From positions 4,352,001-4,416,000 of the forward strand of contig OZ244960.1 of assembly GCA_965222605.1 (NCBI GenBank): a stretch of DNA of 64,000 bases. The letters are read 5' to 3'. The notes below the pieces were generated by a model that worked only from the letters and a program-made list of their open reading frames with translations, searched no databases and had not been told where the DNA came from. Position 1 is the stretch's first letter. Every line of letters begins with the position of its first letter. Of this stretch, positions 21,001 through 29,830 are shown in pieces. The stretch is from Candidatus Latescibacterota bacterium. GTDB lineage: Bacteria; Latescibacterota; UBA2968. The position numbers and the translations under genes are program-made.

Positions 21001-21918
21001 GCACGGGATTTACGCGCGCTGCGCGAGCAGTTAGATGCGCACGAAGAAGATGTGCAGTCCGATGCGTGGATGCAGGCGCAGAAGCAGGTGGCGCGCCGAG
21101 ATGTGACGGGGCAGACGCTGGGTGAATTGCCCGAGCGCGTAGAGGTGATGCAAGCCGGTGGGATGCCGGTATTTGGCTACGTGGGGTTGAAGCGCGAGGG
21201 GGATCGCGTGGATGTGTGTTTGTTTAAGCGCGCAGATGAGGCAGAACGCGAGACTCAAGCGGGTTGGATGCGGCTGTGCGAGCGCGAAATGAGGGATGAG
21301 ATGAAGGCGTTGAAGCGGTCTTTGGGCGATTTGGCGCAATTTGAGGAGGGACGCGACGCTTTGCGCGAGGGCGCGTACGCAAATTTAATGGCCCATCTGT
21401 TCACGCGAGACGCGGTGTTTCCCATAATGCGCCAGCGCTTTGAATCGCGCGTTCAACAGGCGCGGTTGTATTTGCAGCATCTGGCGCCGCAATTGATTCA
21501 GACGATGGATTCGCTGTTTGAGACGCACCGAGAAATCCGCCTGTTGCGCGGTGGATATCCCGAGATGGAGGCCGATCTCGCGCGTTTGATGCCGCCGGAT
21601 TTTTTGCAGCAGACGCCTTATGATCAATTGTTGCATTTGAGTCGGTTTTTGAAGGCGATTGTGATACGGGCCGAACGCGCGATGCTCGATCCGATGAAGG
21701 ACCGGCAAAAGGCCGAGCAGGTTCAACCCTTTCAAGATTCGGTGGATGAATTGATGGATTCGGAATTGACGGGTGCGAAGCGCGATGCAGTACATGCATT
21801 GCGGTGGATAGTCGAGGAATTTCGGGTGTCGGTATTTGCACAGGAACTCGGCACGGCGCAAAAGGTGTCGCCAAAGCGATTGTTCGATAAATTGGAGCAG
21901 GTGAGAGGGATGGTGTAG
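18013..21918 (+). CDS. hrpA: ATP-dependent RNA helicase HrpA
   Basis: GETGSGKTTQLPK, DEAH, SAT, QRAGRCGR; C-terminal EEFRVSVFAQELGT. Start uncertain. Confidence 0.95.
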   Translation: MLSKNKLRKKHKSCRKRPNLMSAVWSLLPVCMLKDGMEIARQLRQIQRQKRRDIVRLKNLKVQAERSAALRKDRGENPLHVTYPEALPIAARKDEIVRAIREHPVVIVAGETGSGKTTQLPKMCLEAGRGVAAKIACTQPRRVAALSVSRRIAEELGVAWGAEVGCKIRFKDETAPETRIKMVTDGMLLAEIQGDPNLYEYDTIIIDEAHERSLNIDFLLGYLRLLQKRRPELRIVITSATIDTEAFSKAFDDAPIIEVSGRMYPVDVQYWPLEDLAGENDVQTYIDAAVTAVDMVVDAGRGDILVFMPTEKDIHETRRRLEGRHFRFTEILPLFGRLTAGDQQKVFHKQRYRRIVVATNIAETSITIPGIRYVIDTGLARISRHNPRNQTHRLPVEAISQSSARQRAGRCGRVQNGVCIRLYDEKNFLSRPEYTQPEIQRSDLAEVILRMIALRLGDVETFPFIDPPRSQAIQGGFNVLRALDAIDDNKRLTPLGRDMARLPLAPTVSRMILQAQKERALREVLVIASAISIQDPRVRPLEQEKAADQEHKRFVDGESDFIALLNIWKAYHDTFEKLRTQSQMRRFCKQHFLSFNRMREWRDIYMQIRHTLREMGDFRMNRDGAGYDAIHRSVVSGLLGNVAQKKEGNMYRAARGRDVMLFPGSGLFQRKEGREEDKKSTPGWIMAAEVVETSRLFARTVARIQPSWLAELGAHLCRASYKEPFYSVRSGRVLATETLTLHGLQVVQKRVGYGRIDAGAATEIFIREALVNDEVALPYPFVARNRDLRARVETWQMQQRLMQFLDLDEAAYRFYAERLENISSTHDLNRVIKGKGADFLLMSEKHLAGEQVDFDRDAFPSFLEVDGEQVPLSYAYRPGQDRDGVTLQLPYKLVHFVQPEVLEWLVPGLLEQKVTYLLRGLPKSIRKRFVPVPDKAREIAAALQPTHGAFLDSLSAHILSIYSIEISQSDWNVSNLPEHLQMRVEVRDEKEKAIIAARDLRALREQLDAHEEDVQSDAWMQAQKQVARRDVTGQTLGELPERVEVMQAGGMPVFGYVGLKREGDRVDVCLFKRADEAERETQAGWMRLCEREMRDEMKALKRSLGDLAQFEEGRDALREGAYANLMAHLFTRDAVFPIMRQRFESRVQQARLYLQHLAPQLIQTMDSLFETHREIRLLRGGYPEMEADLARLMPPDFLQQTPYDQLLHLSRFLKAIVIRAERAMLDPMKDRQKAEQVQPFQDSVDELMDSELTGAKRDAVHALRWIVEEFRVSVFAQELGTAQKVSPKRLFDKLEQVRGMV

Positions 21919-21927
21919 AGGTTTTTT

Positions 21928-23706
21928 ATGAGACTTAACTTTTTTAAACCCTTTGCAGAGTATGTACACCCCCATCGATGGAAGATCTTCTGGGGATTGA
22001 TGCTGTTGTTTGGGACGCAAGCAGTTCAAGCGCTCGTCCCGATGTTGATGAAATGGGCGATTGATACGGCTAAAGCGGGGATGGATGCTGGCGATTTTGT
22101 TGGCGATACGGTCGATACAATCACGGGCAGCCCGATGGGCGATTTGCAGATGTACGGGGCACTCATGGCCGCGCTGGGTCTGGCGCAATGGGGCATGTCA
22201 TTTGGCATGAGATGGTACATTGCCAGTGTGTCTCGTTTTATAGAGCGCGATCTTCGCAAGCTCTATGTGCGACATATCGTGCGGCTGCCGCTGAGCTTTT
22301 TCCAGACGCAGCGCGTGGGCGATTTAATGGCGCGGGCGACCAATGATGTGGAAGCGATTCAGCGGTTTTTTTATTTTGCCTATCGCATGTCGCTGCAAGC
22401 GGTTTTGAATTTTGTGATCAGCCTCGTTTTGATGTGTGTGATTGACTGGCAGTTGGCCCTTTTGGCGCTGGCGCCTATGCCCGTGATGGCTTTTTGTGCG
22501 CGGTGGGTTGGGCAAAAGGTGCGTGTGGGATACCGACGGGTTCAGGAACAATTTGCCGCCATCAGTTCAAAAATTCAGGAAAATCTGACGGGTATGCGAA
22601 TGGTCAAAGCCTTTGCCCTGCGCCCGCTTGAGATTGTGGATTTCGGGATTCTCAACGAAGAATACGTCACGCGCAACCGCCATTTGATTAAAATCCGCAG
22701 TCTGTATTATCCGTTCACGTTTTTGTTGAGCGGTGTTTCTATGATTGTGGTTTTGTGGCTGGGTGGTCTGCGCGTGATTGAGGAGAGTTTGAGCCTGGGG
22801 GCATTTGTGGCGTTCAATGCGTATTTGCTGCGTATGAGTCGCCCGATGTCGATGTTGGGGAGAATTGTCGATGAATATCAACGCGCCGTGGCTTCGCTGA
22901 GGCGTGTTGAAGAGATTTTGAAGGTATCGCCGCAAAGCGATGTGGAGGATCAAACAGCGGGGGAGATCAGGGGTGAGATCGAATTTCGCAACACGAGTTT
23001 TTCGTATAATGGTCAACGGGTGCTCAAAGATATCAACCTTCGCATTGAGGCGGGAAGCACGGTTGCATTGGTGGGGCGCGTGGGGTCGGGAAAATCCACG
23101 CTGGCGCGGTTGATTCCCCGGTTGATCCTGGCGAATGAAGGGCGGGTTTTGATCGATGGCAAGCCGGTGGAAGATATACCGCTTCAGACCATTCGAGACG
23201 CTACGGGGTATGTGCCGCAGGACGCATTTTTGTTTTCGGATACGATTCGGGAAAATGTGGCTTTGGGCGCAGGGGCAGAGGGCGATGTTGTGCGCGCGAC
23301 CGAAATTTCGCAATTGGCCCCCGATTTGCACCTTTTTCCCGAGCACCTGGAGACGCTTGTGGGAGAGCGCGGGGTTACGCTTTCGGGGGGACAAAAACAG
23401 CGCACAGCCCTTGCGCGCGCGGTGATCCGAGAGCCGCGGATTCTGATTATGGACGATGCATTGGCCAGCGTGGATACGCGGACAGAGGAAGATATTCTCA
23501 AACATTTGCGCGAGATTATGGCTTCGCGTACGACGATTTTGATTGCCCATCGCATTTCGACCGTGAAAGATGCCGATCATATTGTGGTGCTGGATGAAGG
23601 GCAAATTGTAGAGCAGGGGTCACACGACGAATTGGTTGCACACGACGGGATTTACGCCGATATGTTTCGACGCCAGCATCTGGCTCGGGAATTGGAAATA
23701 TTGTAA
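21928..23706 (+). CDS. ABC exporter fused TMD-NBD subunit (non-canonical Walker B)
   Basis: TM domain, GRVGSGKS, LSGGQ, ILIMDD. Confidence 0.93.
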   Translation: MRLNFFKPFAEYVHPHRWKIFWGLMLLFGTQAVQALVPMLMKWAIDTAKAGMDAGDFVGDTVDTITGSPMGDLQMYGALMAALGLAQWGMSFGMRWYIASVSRFIERDLRKLYVRHIVRLPLSFFQTQRVGDLMARATNDVEAIQRFFYFAYRMSLQAVLNFVISLVLMCVIDWQLALLALAPMPVMAFCARWVGQKVRVGYRRVQEQFAAISSKIQENLTGMRMVKAFALRPLEIVDFGILNEEYVTRNRHLIKIRSLYYPFTFLLSGVSMIVVLWLGGLRVIEESLSLGAFVAFNAYLLRMSRPMSMLGRIVDEYQRAVASLRRVEEILKVSPQSDVEDQTAGEIRGEIEFRNTSFSYNGQRVLKDINLRIEAGSTVALVGRVGSGKSTLARLIPRLILANEGRVLIDGKPVEDIPLQTIRDATGYVPQDAFLFSDTIRENVALGAGAEGDVVRATEISQLAPDLHLFPEHLETLVGERGVTLSGGQKQRTALARAVIREPRILIMDDALASVDTRTEEDILKHLREIMASRTTILIAHRISTVKDADHIVVLDEGQIVEQGSHDELVAHDGIYADMFRRQHLARELEIL

Positions 23707-25457
23707 TGGAAGAAGAAATTGGTCATAAGGGATTTGATCTGCGTTTGATGGCGCGCCTGTTGAACTTTCTCAGGCCCTACGCGCGCTGGGTTGTCCTCAC
23801 GTTTGTGCTCATCATTATCGCAGCGGTTGTGCGGCAGGCTGGGCCTTTTTTGACCAAAATCGCTGTGGATGATTATATCGTGCCGGGAAATGCCGATGGG
23901 TTGACCTATCTCGTGATGTTCTACATTGGTCTGCTTATCGTGCAATTTGGCGTGGGATATTGCCAGAGTTGGACGACCAATATGATCGGGCAATGGGCCA
24001 TGCACGATGTGCGCTTGCAAATTTTTATGCATTTGCAGCGGTTGCCCATGCGATTTTTCGACCGCACGCCTGTGGGCCGCTTGATGGCGCGCAATACAAA
24101 TGATGTGGATGCCCTCAACGAGTTGTTTACCGATGGCATTGTGTCGATGATCAGCGACATTTTTACGATTATTACCATTCTCGCATACATTTTTTATATG
24201 GATGTCACGCTCGGCTTGCTGATCTGTCTCGCATTGCCGGTGGCTTTTGTCGCTACCGTGTGGCTCCAGAATAAGACCTTTTTTGCGTATCGCATTGCGC
24301 GCACCCTGTTCGCGCGATTTAGTTCATCGCTGCAAGAGACTGTGTCTGGGATGGAAGTGGTGCAGTTATTTGGCTGTGAAGATCGCTGTGTGCGGCGGTT
24401 TGAAGATGCCAATAAAGAGTATCTGGATGCGCGTCTGAAGAGCTCGTTTTACCATGCGATTTATTTTCCGGTCATGGAGTTGGGCGGTATTTTGTTGTCC
24501 GCATTGGTGTTGTGGTATGGCGGTGTGCAAGTGCTGGATGGGGAAATCCAGTGGGGTGTGCTCGTGGCGATGTTGCAGTATGTTCCGCGATTTTTTATGC
24601 CCATCCGCGATATTGCCGATCGCTTTACTGTGCTTCAGGTTGCGATGGCGTCTTCAGAGCGCATTTTTGAATTGCTGGATACGGAGCCAGAATCACTTGG
24701 CAGCACCGTAAATGCCAAACGATTGAAGGGTGAGATCGCGTTTCAGAATGTCTGGTTTGCGTACAACGAAGGCGAATGGGTGTTGCGCAATGTGTCTTTT
24801 CGCGTTGCGCCGGGGCAGAGTTTGGCATTGGTTGGCGCGACGGGCGCGGGCAAGAGTACTGTGATCAATCTGGTCTGTCGGTTCTACGATATTCAGCGGG
24901 GTGCGATTCTGGTGGATGGTGTTGATATTCGCGAGTGGGATGTCGAGGAGCTTCGCAGACGCATTGGAATCGTGCAACAGGATGTTTTTCTTTTTGCCGG
25001 CGATATTGAAAACAATATTAGCCTGGGACATCCGCGCATCAGCCGCCAGGAGGTTGAACAAGCCGCACGCGATGTAAATGCAGATCGGTTTATTGACAAA
25101 TTGCCCGATACCTATCAGCACGAGGTCCATGAGCGGGGCAGTTCGCTTTCGGTTGGTCAGCGACAGTTGATATCTTTTGCGCGCACGCTGGCGTCTGGAC
25201 CAGATATTCTCATTCTGGATGAGGCGACGGCGAGTGTGGATACGGAGACCGAGATGTGGATTCAGGATGCGGTGGCAAAATTGATGCGGTCGCGGACTTC
25301 GATTGCGATTGCACACCGTCTTTCAACTATTCGAAATGCGGATAAAATTCTGGTGATGCACCGCGGTCAAATCCGCGAGGAGGGTGACCACGATACGCTG
25401 CTCAAGCAGAATGGGATTTATGCCCGGCTTTACCAGTTACAATATGAAGGCACTTGA
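23706..25457 (+). CDS. ABC exporter fused TMD-NBD subunit (heterodimer partner)
   Basis: GATGAGKS, LSVGQ, ILILDE; TAATG coupling to the upstream gene. Confidence 0.93.
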   Translation: MEEEIGHKGFDLRLMARLLNFLRPYARWVVLTFVLIIIAAVVRQAGPFLTKIAVDDYIVPGNADGLTYLVMFYIGLLIVQFGVGYCQSWTTNMIGQWAMHDVRLQIFMHLQRLPMRFFDRTPVGRLMARNTNDVDALNELFTDGIVSMISDIFTIITILAYIFYMDVTLGLLICLALPVAFVATVWLQNKTFFAYRIARTLFARFSSSLQETVSGMEVVQLFGCEDRCVRRFEDANKEYLDARLKSSFYHAIYFPVMELGGILLSALVLWYGGVQVLDGEIQWGVLVAMLQYVPRFFMPIRDIADRFTVLQVAMASSERIFELLDTEPESLGSTVNAKRLKGEIAFQNVWFAYNEGEWVLRNVSFRVAPGQSLALVGATGAGKSTVINLVCRFYDIQRGAILVDGVDIREWDVEELRRRIGIVQQDVFLFAGDIENNISLGHPRISRQEVEQAARDVNADRFIDKLPDTYQHEVHERGSSLSVGQRQLISFARTLASGPDILILDEATASVDTETEMWIQDAVAKLMRSRTSIAIAHRLSTIRNADKILVMHRGQIREEGDHDTLLKQNGIYARLYQLQYEGT

Positions 25458-25502
25458 TGGTGTATTGTACGTTGTATTTGCCATTTTTCAAGGAGGTGCA
25501 AC

Positions 25503-26384
25503 ATGTTGTTCGGAGAAGGCGATTATCGATACGAGGAAGTTGAGGGATGGGCGAAGTTGCCCGAGGGGTGGGTGTTTACGCAGGTGTCGGATGCCGCGGT
25601 GGATTCACAGGGCCGCATTTACGCATTTACGCGCGGTATTCATCCCGTGGTTGTGTTTGATAAAGATGGCAATTTTATTACGTCGTGGGGATATGGCGAT
25701 TTTGGTATTTCGCCGAATTTGATCAGTCAGTCACATGGCATTTTTATCGATCCGGACGATAAGGTGTTTTTGACTGATGCGTATCAGCATATTGTCAGGC
25801 GTTATACCCGATTGGGCGAGTTGGAACGCGAATGGGGCACCCGCGGAGTTCCCGGTCCGACGTTTCACCGCAGGGAATACAATATGCCAACGGGTGTTGC
25901 TTACGCGCCCGATGGCAATTCGTTTTACGTATCGGATGGGTATGGCAGCCGGTGTGTTCACAAGTATTCGCGCGAGGGTGAGCATCTCGCGGTTTGGGGC
26001 GAAGGAGGGAGTGGACCGGGGCAGTTTGCATTGGTACACAATATCGGATGCGATAAAACCGGACGGGTTCTGGTGTGCGACCGGGAAAATAGCCGCATTC
26101 AGATTTTCGATCCCGATGGAAAATTTATGGAGATGTGGACCGATGTGATGATGCCGGGTGATGTGTGGATTACGGATGACAATACGATTTATGTGGCCGA
26201 GCAAGGGGGCGGTGGGCGTGTCAGTGTGTGGTCTGCGGATGGGGAATTGATTTGTCGCTTTGCGGATAAGAGTGCTGTGCAGTCGCCGCATGGGCTTTGC
26301 GTGGATGATGAGGGTAGTATTTATGTGGCAGAGATCGGTACGGATGGACGGGGACAGCGGCTGCAAAAATTTGCCCGGGTTTAG
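25503..26384 (+). CDS. NHL-repeat beta-propeller protein (peptidyl-alpha-hydroxyglycine lyase-like)
   Basis: NHL repeats: YVSDGYG, GSGPGQFALVH, DRENSRIQIFD. Confidence 0.85.
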   Translation: MLFGEGDYRYEEVEGWAKLPEGWVFTQVSDAAVDSQGRIYAFTRGIHPVVVFDKDGNFITSWGYGDFGISPNLISQSHGIFIDPDDKVFLTDAYQHIVRRYTRLGELEREWGTRGVPGPTFHRREYNMPTGVAYAPDGNSFYVSDGYGSRCVHKYSREGEHLAVWGEGGSGPGQFALVHNIGCDKTGRVLVCDRENSRIQIFDPDGKFMEMWTDVMMPGDVWITDDNTIYVAEQGGGGRVSVWSADGELICRFADKSAVQSPHGLCVDDEGSIYVAEIGTDGRGQRLQKFARV

Positions 26385-26417
26385 ATTTTCAAGTAACCAC
26401 AACATAGCGAGGTTTTT

Positions 26418-27161
26418 ATGGCTACACCAAATCGCATTCTCGAGCGTTATCGCAATGGCGAAAAAGCCGTTGGGGTGCAGATGAGTTTTGTTTCAGAAGT
26501 TGTGATCGAAGTGGCCGCTAAGATGGGGATGGATTTTATCTCTTTGGATGGGCAGCACGGCGCATTGACGCTGCCGACGATTGAGACGGTGTGTCGCCTT
26601 TGCGATGCTTATGGTATGACGCCAGCTATGCGGGTTGTGGATCAGTCCGAGGCGGCTATTTTGACGGCATTGGACCGGGGCATGCAGATGATTACGGTGC
26701 CCAATTTGCAGACTGCCGAAGAAGCCGAGCGGATGATCCAGTTCGGTTTTTACGGGCCTTTGGGACGGCGAAGCGCGATGAGCCAGCGCGTGGCTTATAG
26801 CTTGAACGATACCAGCGATAGTCGGGAGATTTTCAAGTTTACAAATGACAATACCATTATTGTGCCGCAGCTCGAGAGCAAGACGGCTTTTGACAATTTG
26901 GATGAGATTCTCCAGGTTGACGGGCTTATGTTTTTTGCGGGCGGTCCCCAAGATATTGCGCAGTCCATGGGGTATTCCGGAGAGCCAAATCATCCGGAGT
27001 GCGTAGCGGCATACCAGGCGGCGTGTGACAGGGTGCGTGCGGCAGGGAAGCACATGATTGGCGATGTGACGGTTAGTGTGGATGCCTTTGGCGCGATCTA
27101 CGATGCGGGGAAGGCGTTGCTCGAAGCACACGGTCGCGTGTGTGGTATGAATATTGGTTGA
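26418..27161 (+). CDS. HpcH/HpaI aldolase-family protein
   Basis: DFISLDGQHG, ALDRG, GPLGRRS, QLE, GPQD motifs. Confidence 0.85.
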   Translation: MATPNRILERYRNGEKAVGVQMSFVSEVVIEVAAKMGMDFISLDGQHGALTLPTIETVCRLCDAYGMTPAMRVVDQSEAAILTALDRGMQMITVPNLQTAEEAERMIQFGFYGPLGRRSAMSQRVAYSLNDTSDSREIFKFTNDNTIIVPQLESKTAFDNLDEILQVDGLMFFAGGPQDIAQSMGYSGEPNHPECVAAYQAACDRVRAAGKHMIGDVTVSVDAFGAIYDAGKALLEAHGRVCGMNIG

Positions 27162-27181
27162 AATGTTGGTTGTGCGATATT

Positions 27182-27208
27182 GTAGGGGCGGTGCCCCTGT
27201 GCCCGCCC
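27182..27208 (+). repeat. GTAG-type REP-like palindrome
   Basis: GTAGGGGCGGTGCCCCTGTGCCCGCCC; related copies at 36784 and 63443. Confidence 0.7.
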
Positions 27209-27209
27209 G

Positions 27210-28670
27210 TTGGGTGGCTGGGCAAGGTTCTTTAAATTAGCCACAATATGCGAGGTGCGTTTGTCTAAGGCACAGGTTGAATCCGAGGAGGCAGAACCAC
27301 TGTCTCCTCGAGCGGCTCGGCGCGTGTTGATTAGCCTGATGTTTTCGTCTATGCTGATGCCTATGGTGTCTGGCATGTCGCGGGTTGCGCTGCCGGTTAT
27401 TCGGGATGATTTTGGGATTCCCGCAGATTTGACGGCATGGGTTCTGGCAGCTTTTATGCTGCCTTTTGTCATTTTGATGCCGATTTATGGGCGCTTGAGC
27501 GATGGGGTTGACCGGCGGCTGTTGATTCTGGTGGGGACTGTGATTTTCGGCATTGGTTCCGCGATGACATTTATGGCGCCGAATATGCGCTGGTTGATGG
27601 CCGGGCGTGCGATTCAGGGTATTGGCGTGGGTGGGATGACGCCGATGGGGATGGCACTGCTGGCATCGATTTTTAGTGTGGGAGAGCGCGGGCGCGTTCT
27701 GGGTACATGGAGTGCGGTGGGACCGGCGATGAGTTTTTCGTCGTCGTTTGTCGCGGGTATTCTCATTGCTATTTGGGGATGGCGCGCCGCTTTTGTGCCG
27801 GGTCTTTTGCTCAGTGTTGTGACTTTTGTCGCGATTTACAGGGGGGTGCCTTCTCAGGTGATTGGAGAGGCATCCAAATTTTTGCGGCAGTTTGATTGGG
27901 GTGGGGTCGGGTTGTTGTCGGGCGGGATTGTGTTTCTGATGTTTTATTTGTCCAGCCGGTCTGTGACGGGGGTTGCCCCTTTTGAGGATTGGCGGTTGCT
28001 TTCAGGCGCGGGGTTGTTTCTCGTTGGTTTCTGGTGGTGGGAAAGAGGGCGCGAGAATCCTTTTCTCGCGCTCAATTTTTTTGGCAATCGCATGTTTTGC
28101 CGCGTGACGTTTTGCGCCTCGATGCGGATGTTTGTGCAGGGTGGTATTGGGGTGTTGATGCCGCTGTATCTGGTCGATGTTCACCAGATGGGTCCGGCAA
28201 GATTGGGCGTGTTTTTGATCATTAGTTCTGCGGCTATGACGCTGATTGTGCGGTTTGGCGGGCAGATGGCCGATCGTTTTCAGAGCCGTTGGCTGGTGAT
28301 GATTGGGCTGTTTGTGCAATTGTCGGTGATGTTGGCTTTTGCCCATTTGTCCGATACGATTTCGACATGGGTTATTGCTGGCCTGCTGGCGTATTATGGG
28401 CTTGGGGCGGGGTTGATGCTGGCTGCATTGCACAGTACGGTTATGGGGACTGTTGATTCAGACCAGATGGGTGCTGCTGCAGGACTTTATAGTATGTTGC
28501 GGTTTATGGGTATGGCGATCAGTACGGCATTGGTCGGGGTGGTGTTGCAATTTTTCTTCGATGCAAATTTGACCACGCTCGACGCTTACCAGAAGGTGTT
28601 TATGGTGTTGACGGTATTTCCCATTTTGGGGATGGTGGTGGGATTTGGGTTGCGGGAAAAGAGGGTGTGA
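27210..28670 (+). CDS. MFS transporter (DHA2-like)
   Basis: GRLSDGVDRR motif A, ERGRVLG, many TM segments. Start uncertain. Confidence 0.9.
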   Translation: MGGWARFFKLATICEVRLSKAQVESEEAEPLSPRAARRVLISLMFSSMLMPMVSGMSRVALPVIRDDFGIPADLTAWVLAAFMLPFVILMPIYGRLSDGVDRRLLILVGTVIFGIGSAMTFMAPNMRWLMAGRAIQGIGVGGMTPMGMALLASIFSVGERGRVLGTWSAVGPAMSFSSSFVAGILIAIWGWRAAFVPGLLLSVVTFVAIYRGVPSQVIGEASKFLRQFDWGGVGLLSGGIVFLMFYLSSRSVTGVAPFEDWRLLSGAGLFLVGFWWWERGRENPFLALNFFGNRMFCRVTFCASMRMFVQGGIGVLMPLYLVDVHQMGPARLGVFLIISSAAMTLIVRFGGQMADRFQSRWLVMIGLFVQLSVMLAFAHLSDTISTWVIAGLLAYYGLGAGLMLAALHSTVMGTVDSDQMGAAAGLYSMLRFMGMAISTALVGVVLQFFFDANLTTLDAYQKVFMVLTVFPILGMVVGFGLREKRV

Positions 28671-28747
28671 AATAGTTTACCTGAGTGGAAGGTTTTAGTA
28701 GTCATTGCGGCATGATTTTAGCCGCAATCCAGTTGCAAAAATCCAGG

Positions 28748-28923
28748 TAGTGCCTCAGTTTCAAAATTTTGAATATGAGTTGTAATTTTGGGGTGTCTCG
28801 GTTTGAAATTTGGCGCGCGGCGTTCCGAGTACGTCGCTTGTAGAAAATCAAGGATGGCTCAATTTGAAATCACGGCGACTAAGTGGACAATAGACGAGAC
28901 AGAAAATTCAAAGTGAGACAGTA
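28748..28923. mobile_element. Degenerate MITE-like element
   Basis: Imperfect IRs TAGTGCCTCAGTTTCAAAATT and rc TACTGTCTCACTTTGAATTTT (15/21); similar motif repeated inside and at 29778-29794. Confidence 0.5.
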
Positions 28924-29055
28924 AATTATTTTGTCATTATCGTCTCTCAACTCATATCTCCAATACTTTTTAGGCTCGGTTTCTTTGACAACAAATTTCA
29001 TTATATTGTCTCCTGTGAAATGAATACGTCCTCGCGGTCACTGTTCCTATTGAAA

Positions 29056-29078
29056 GGGAATTATGTAGGGTAGTGACC
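29056..29078 (+). repeat. Unpaired IS1595-like terminal inverted repeat
   Basis: GGGAATTATGTAGGGTAGTGACC; 18/23 to the tnpB-cassette TIR and 18/23 to the rc of 31745-31767. Confidence 0.6.
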
Positions 29079-29237
29079 AGAAATGTGGAGGAAAGCCTAC
29101 TTGACCCGACTAATTCATGAATTTGCTTAAAATTTCCATAATTTTATTTTTTACAAATGGTTATGAAATTTAGGCCAAAAATATTTGTTTCGATGCAATA
29201 ACTGGGAAGTCCAGTATTTACGCCAATTTCTCAGATT

Positions 29238-29507
29238 TTATGAATTTTTCGGGTTGAATAGATTGGGATTTTTACTCCCCAAAAAGAGCAATAATGCACA
29301 CCACCAGTTTTTTGGGCAACGACGAGGAGGAGACAGAATTTCACCTTCCCAAGTCATCATAACAGTGTGATTTGCGCCAGTTTTTGTGTGCCACCGTCTT
29401 TTTAGACGAGTAAAAAATTTCTTTATCCACTCCCATGTTGCCACAATAACCATTCCTGCGATAAAAGCCACTACCAAAGGTGCGGATTTTTCTAATATTT
29501 CTATCAT
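29238..29507 (-). CDS. Small hypothetical membrane protein (89 aa)
   Basis: RBS AAGGAG, one N-terminal TM followed by a basic stretch; AT-rich context. Confidence 0.55.
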   Translation of the reverse strand: MIEILEKSAPLVVAFIAGMVIVATWEWIKKFFTRLKRRWHTKTGANHTVMMTWEGEILSPPRRCPKNWWCALLLFLGSKNPNLFNPKNS

Positions 29508-29830
29508 TACGGTCTCCTTAAAATAGCCCATAGGCGTGAGGGCCTATGGGCCTTGCGAGAGGCGGCACACGACCATAGTGTGTGGGCGTTTGGTACACCG
29601 TCCGCACACACTAAAATTTAATCTGTAAAAATAACGTAAATTGGCCGAGCCTACAAGGGGATATTTGGAGCAATGTGTCAAGCTGATTTGTGGCGGGATA
29701 TGAGAGAGAGGATTGGAAATGGATTTGCTCGATTGCGCTGGTTATGATAAATTTGAAAGACGGGCTGGCTCACAAAGTTCACAGTGAGACACTAAAGAAG
29801 ATAAAGTTCTTGTTTTTTGGAGGTACAGTT

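Noticed and set aside
16408-23604. Long antisense ORFs (e.g. 16408-17250, 19192-20157, 21385-22188, 22567-23604)
   Set aside because: Opposite-strand shadows of well-supported genes with no recognisable motifs.
21928-25457. Non-canonical Walker B (DD) and signature (LSVGQ) in the ABC pair as signs of inactivation
   Set aside because: One degenerate ATP site is the normal design of heterodimeric ABC exporters.
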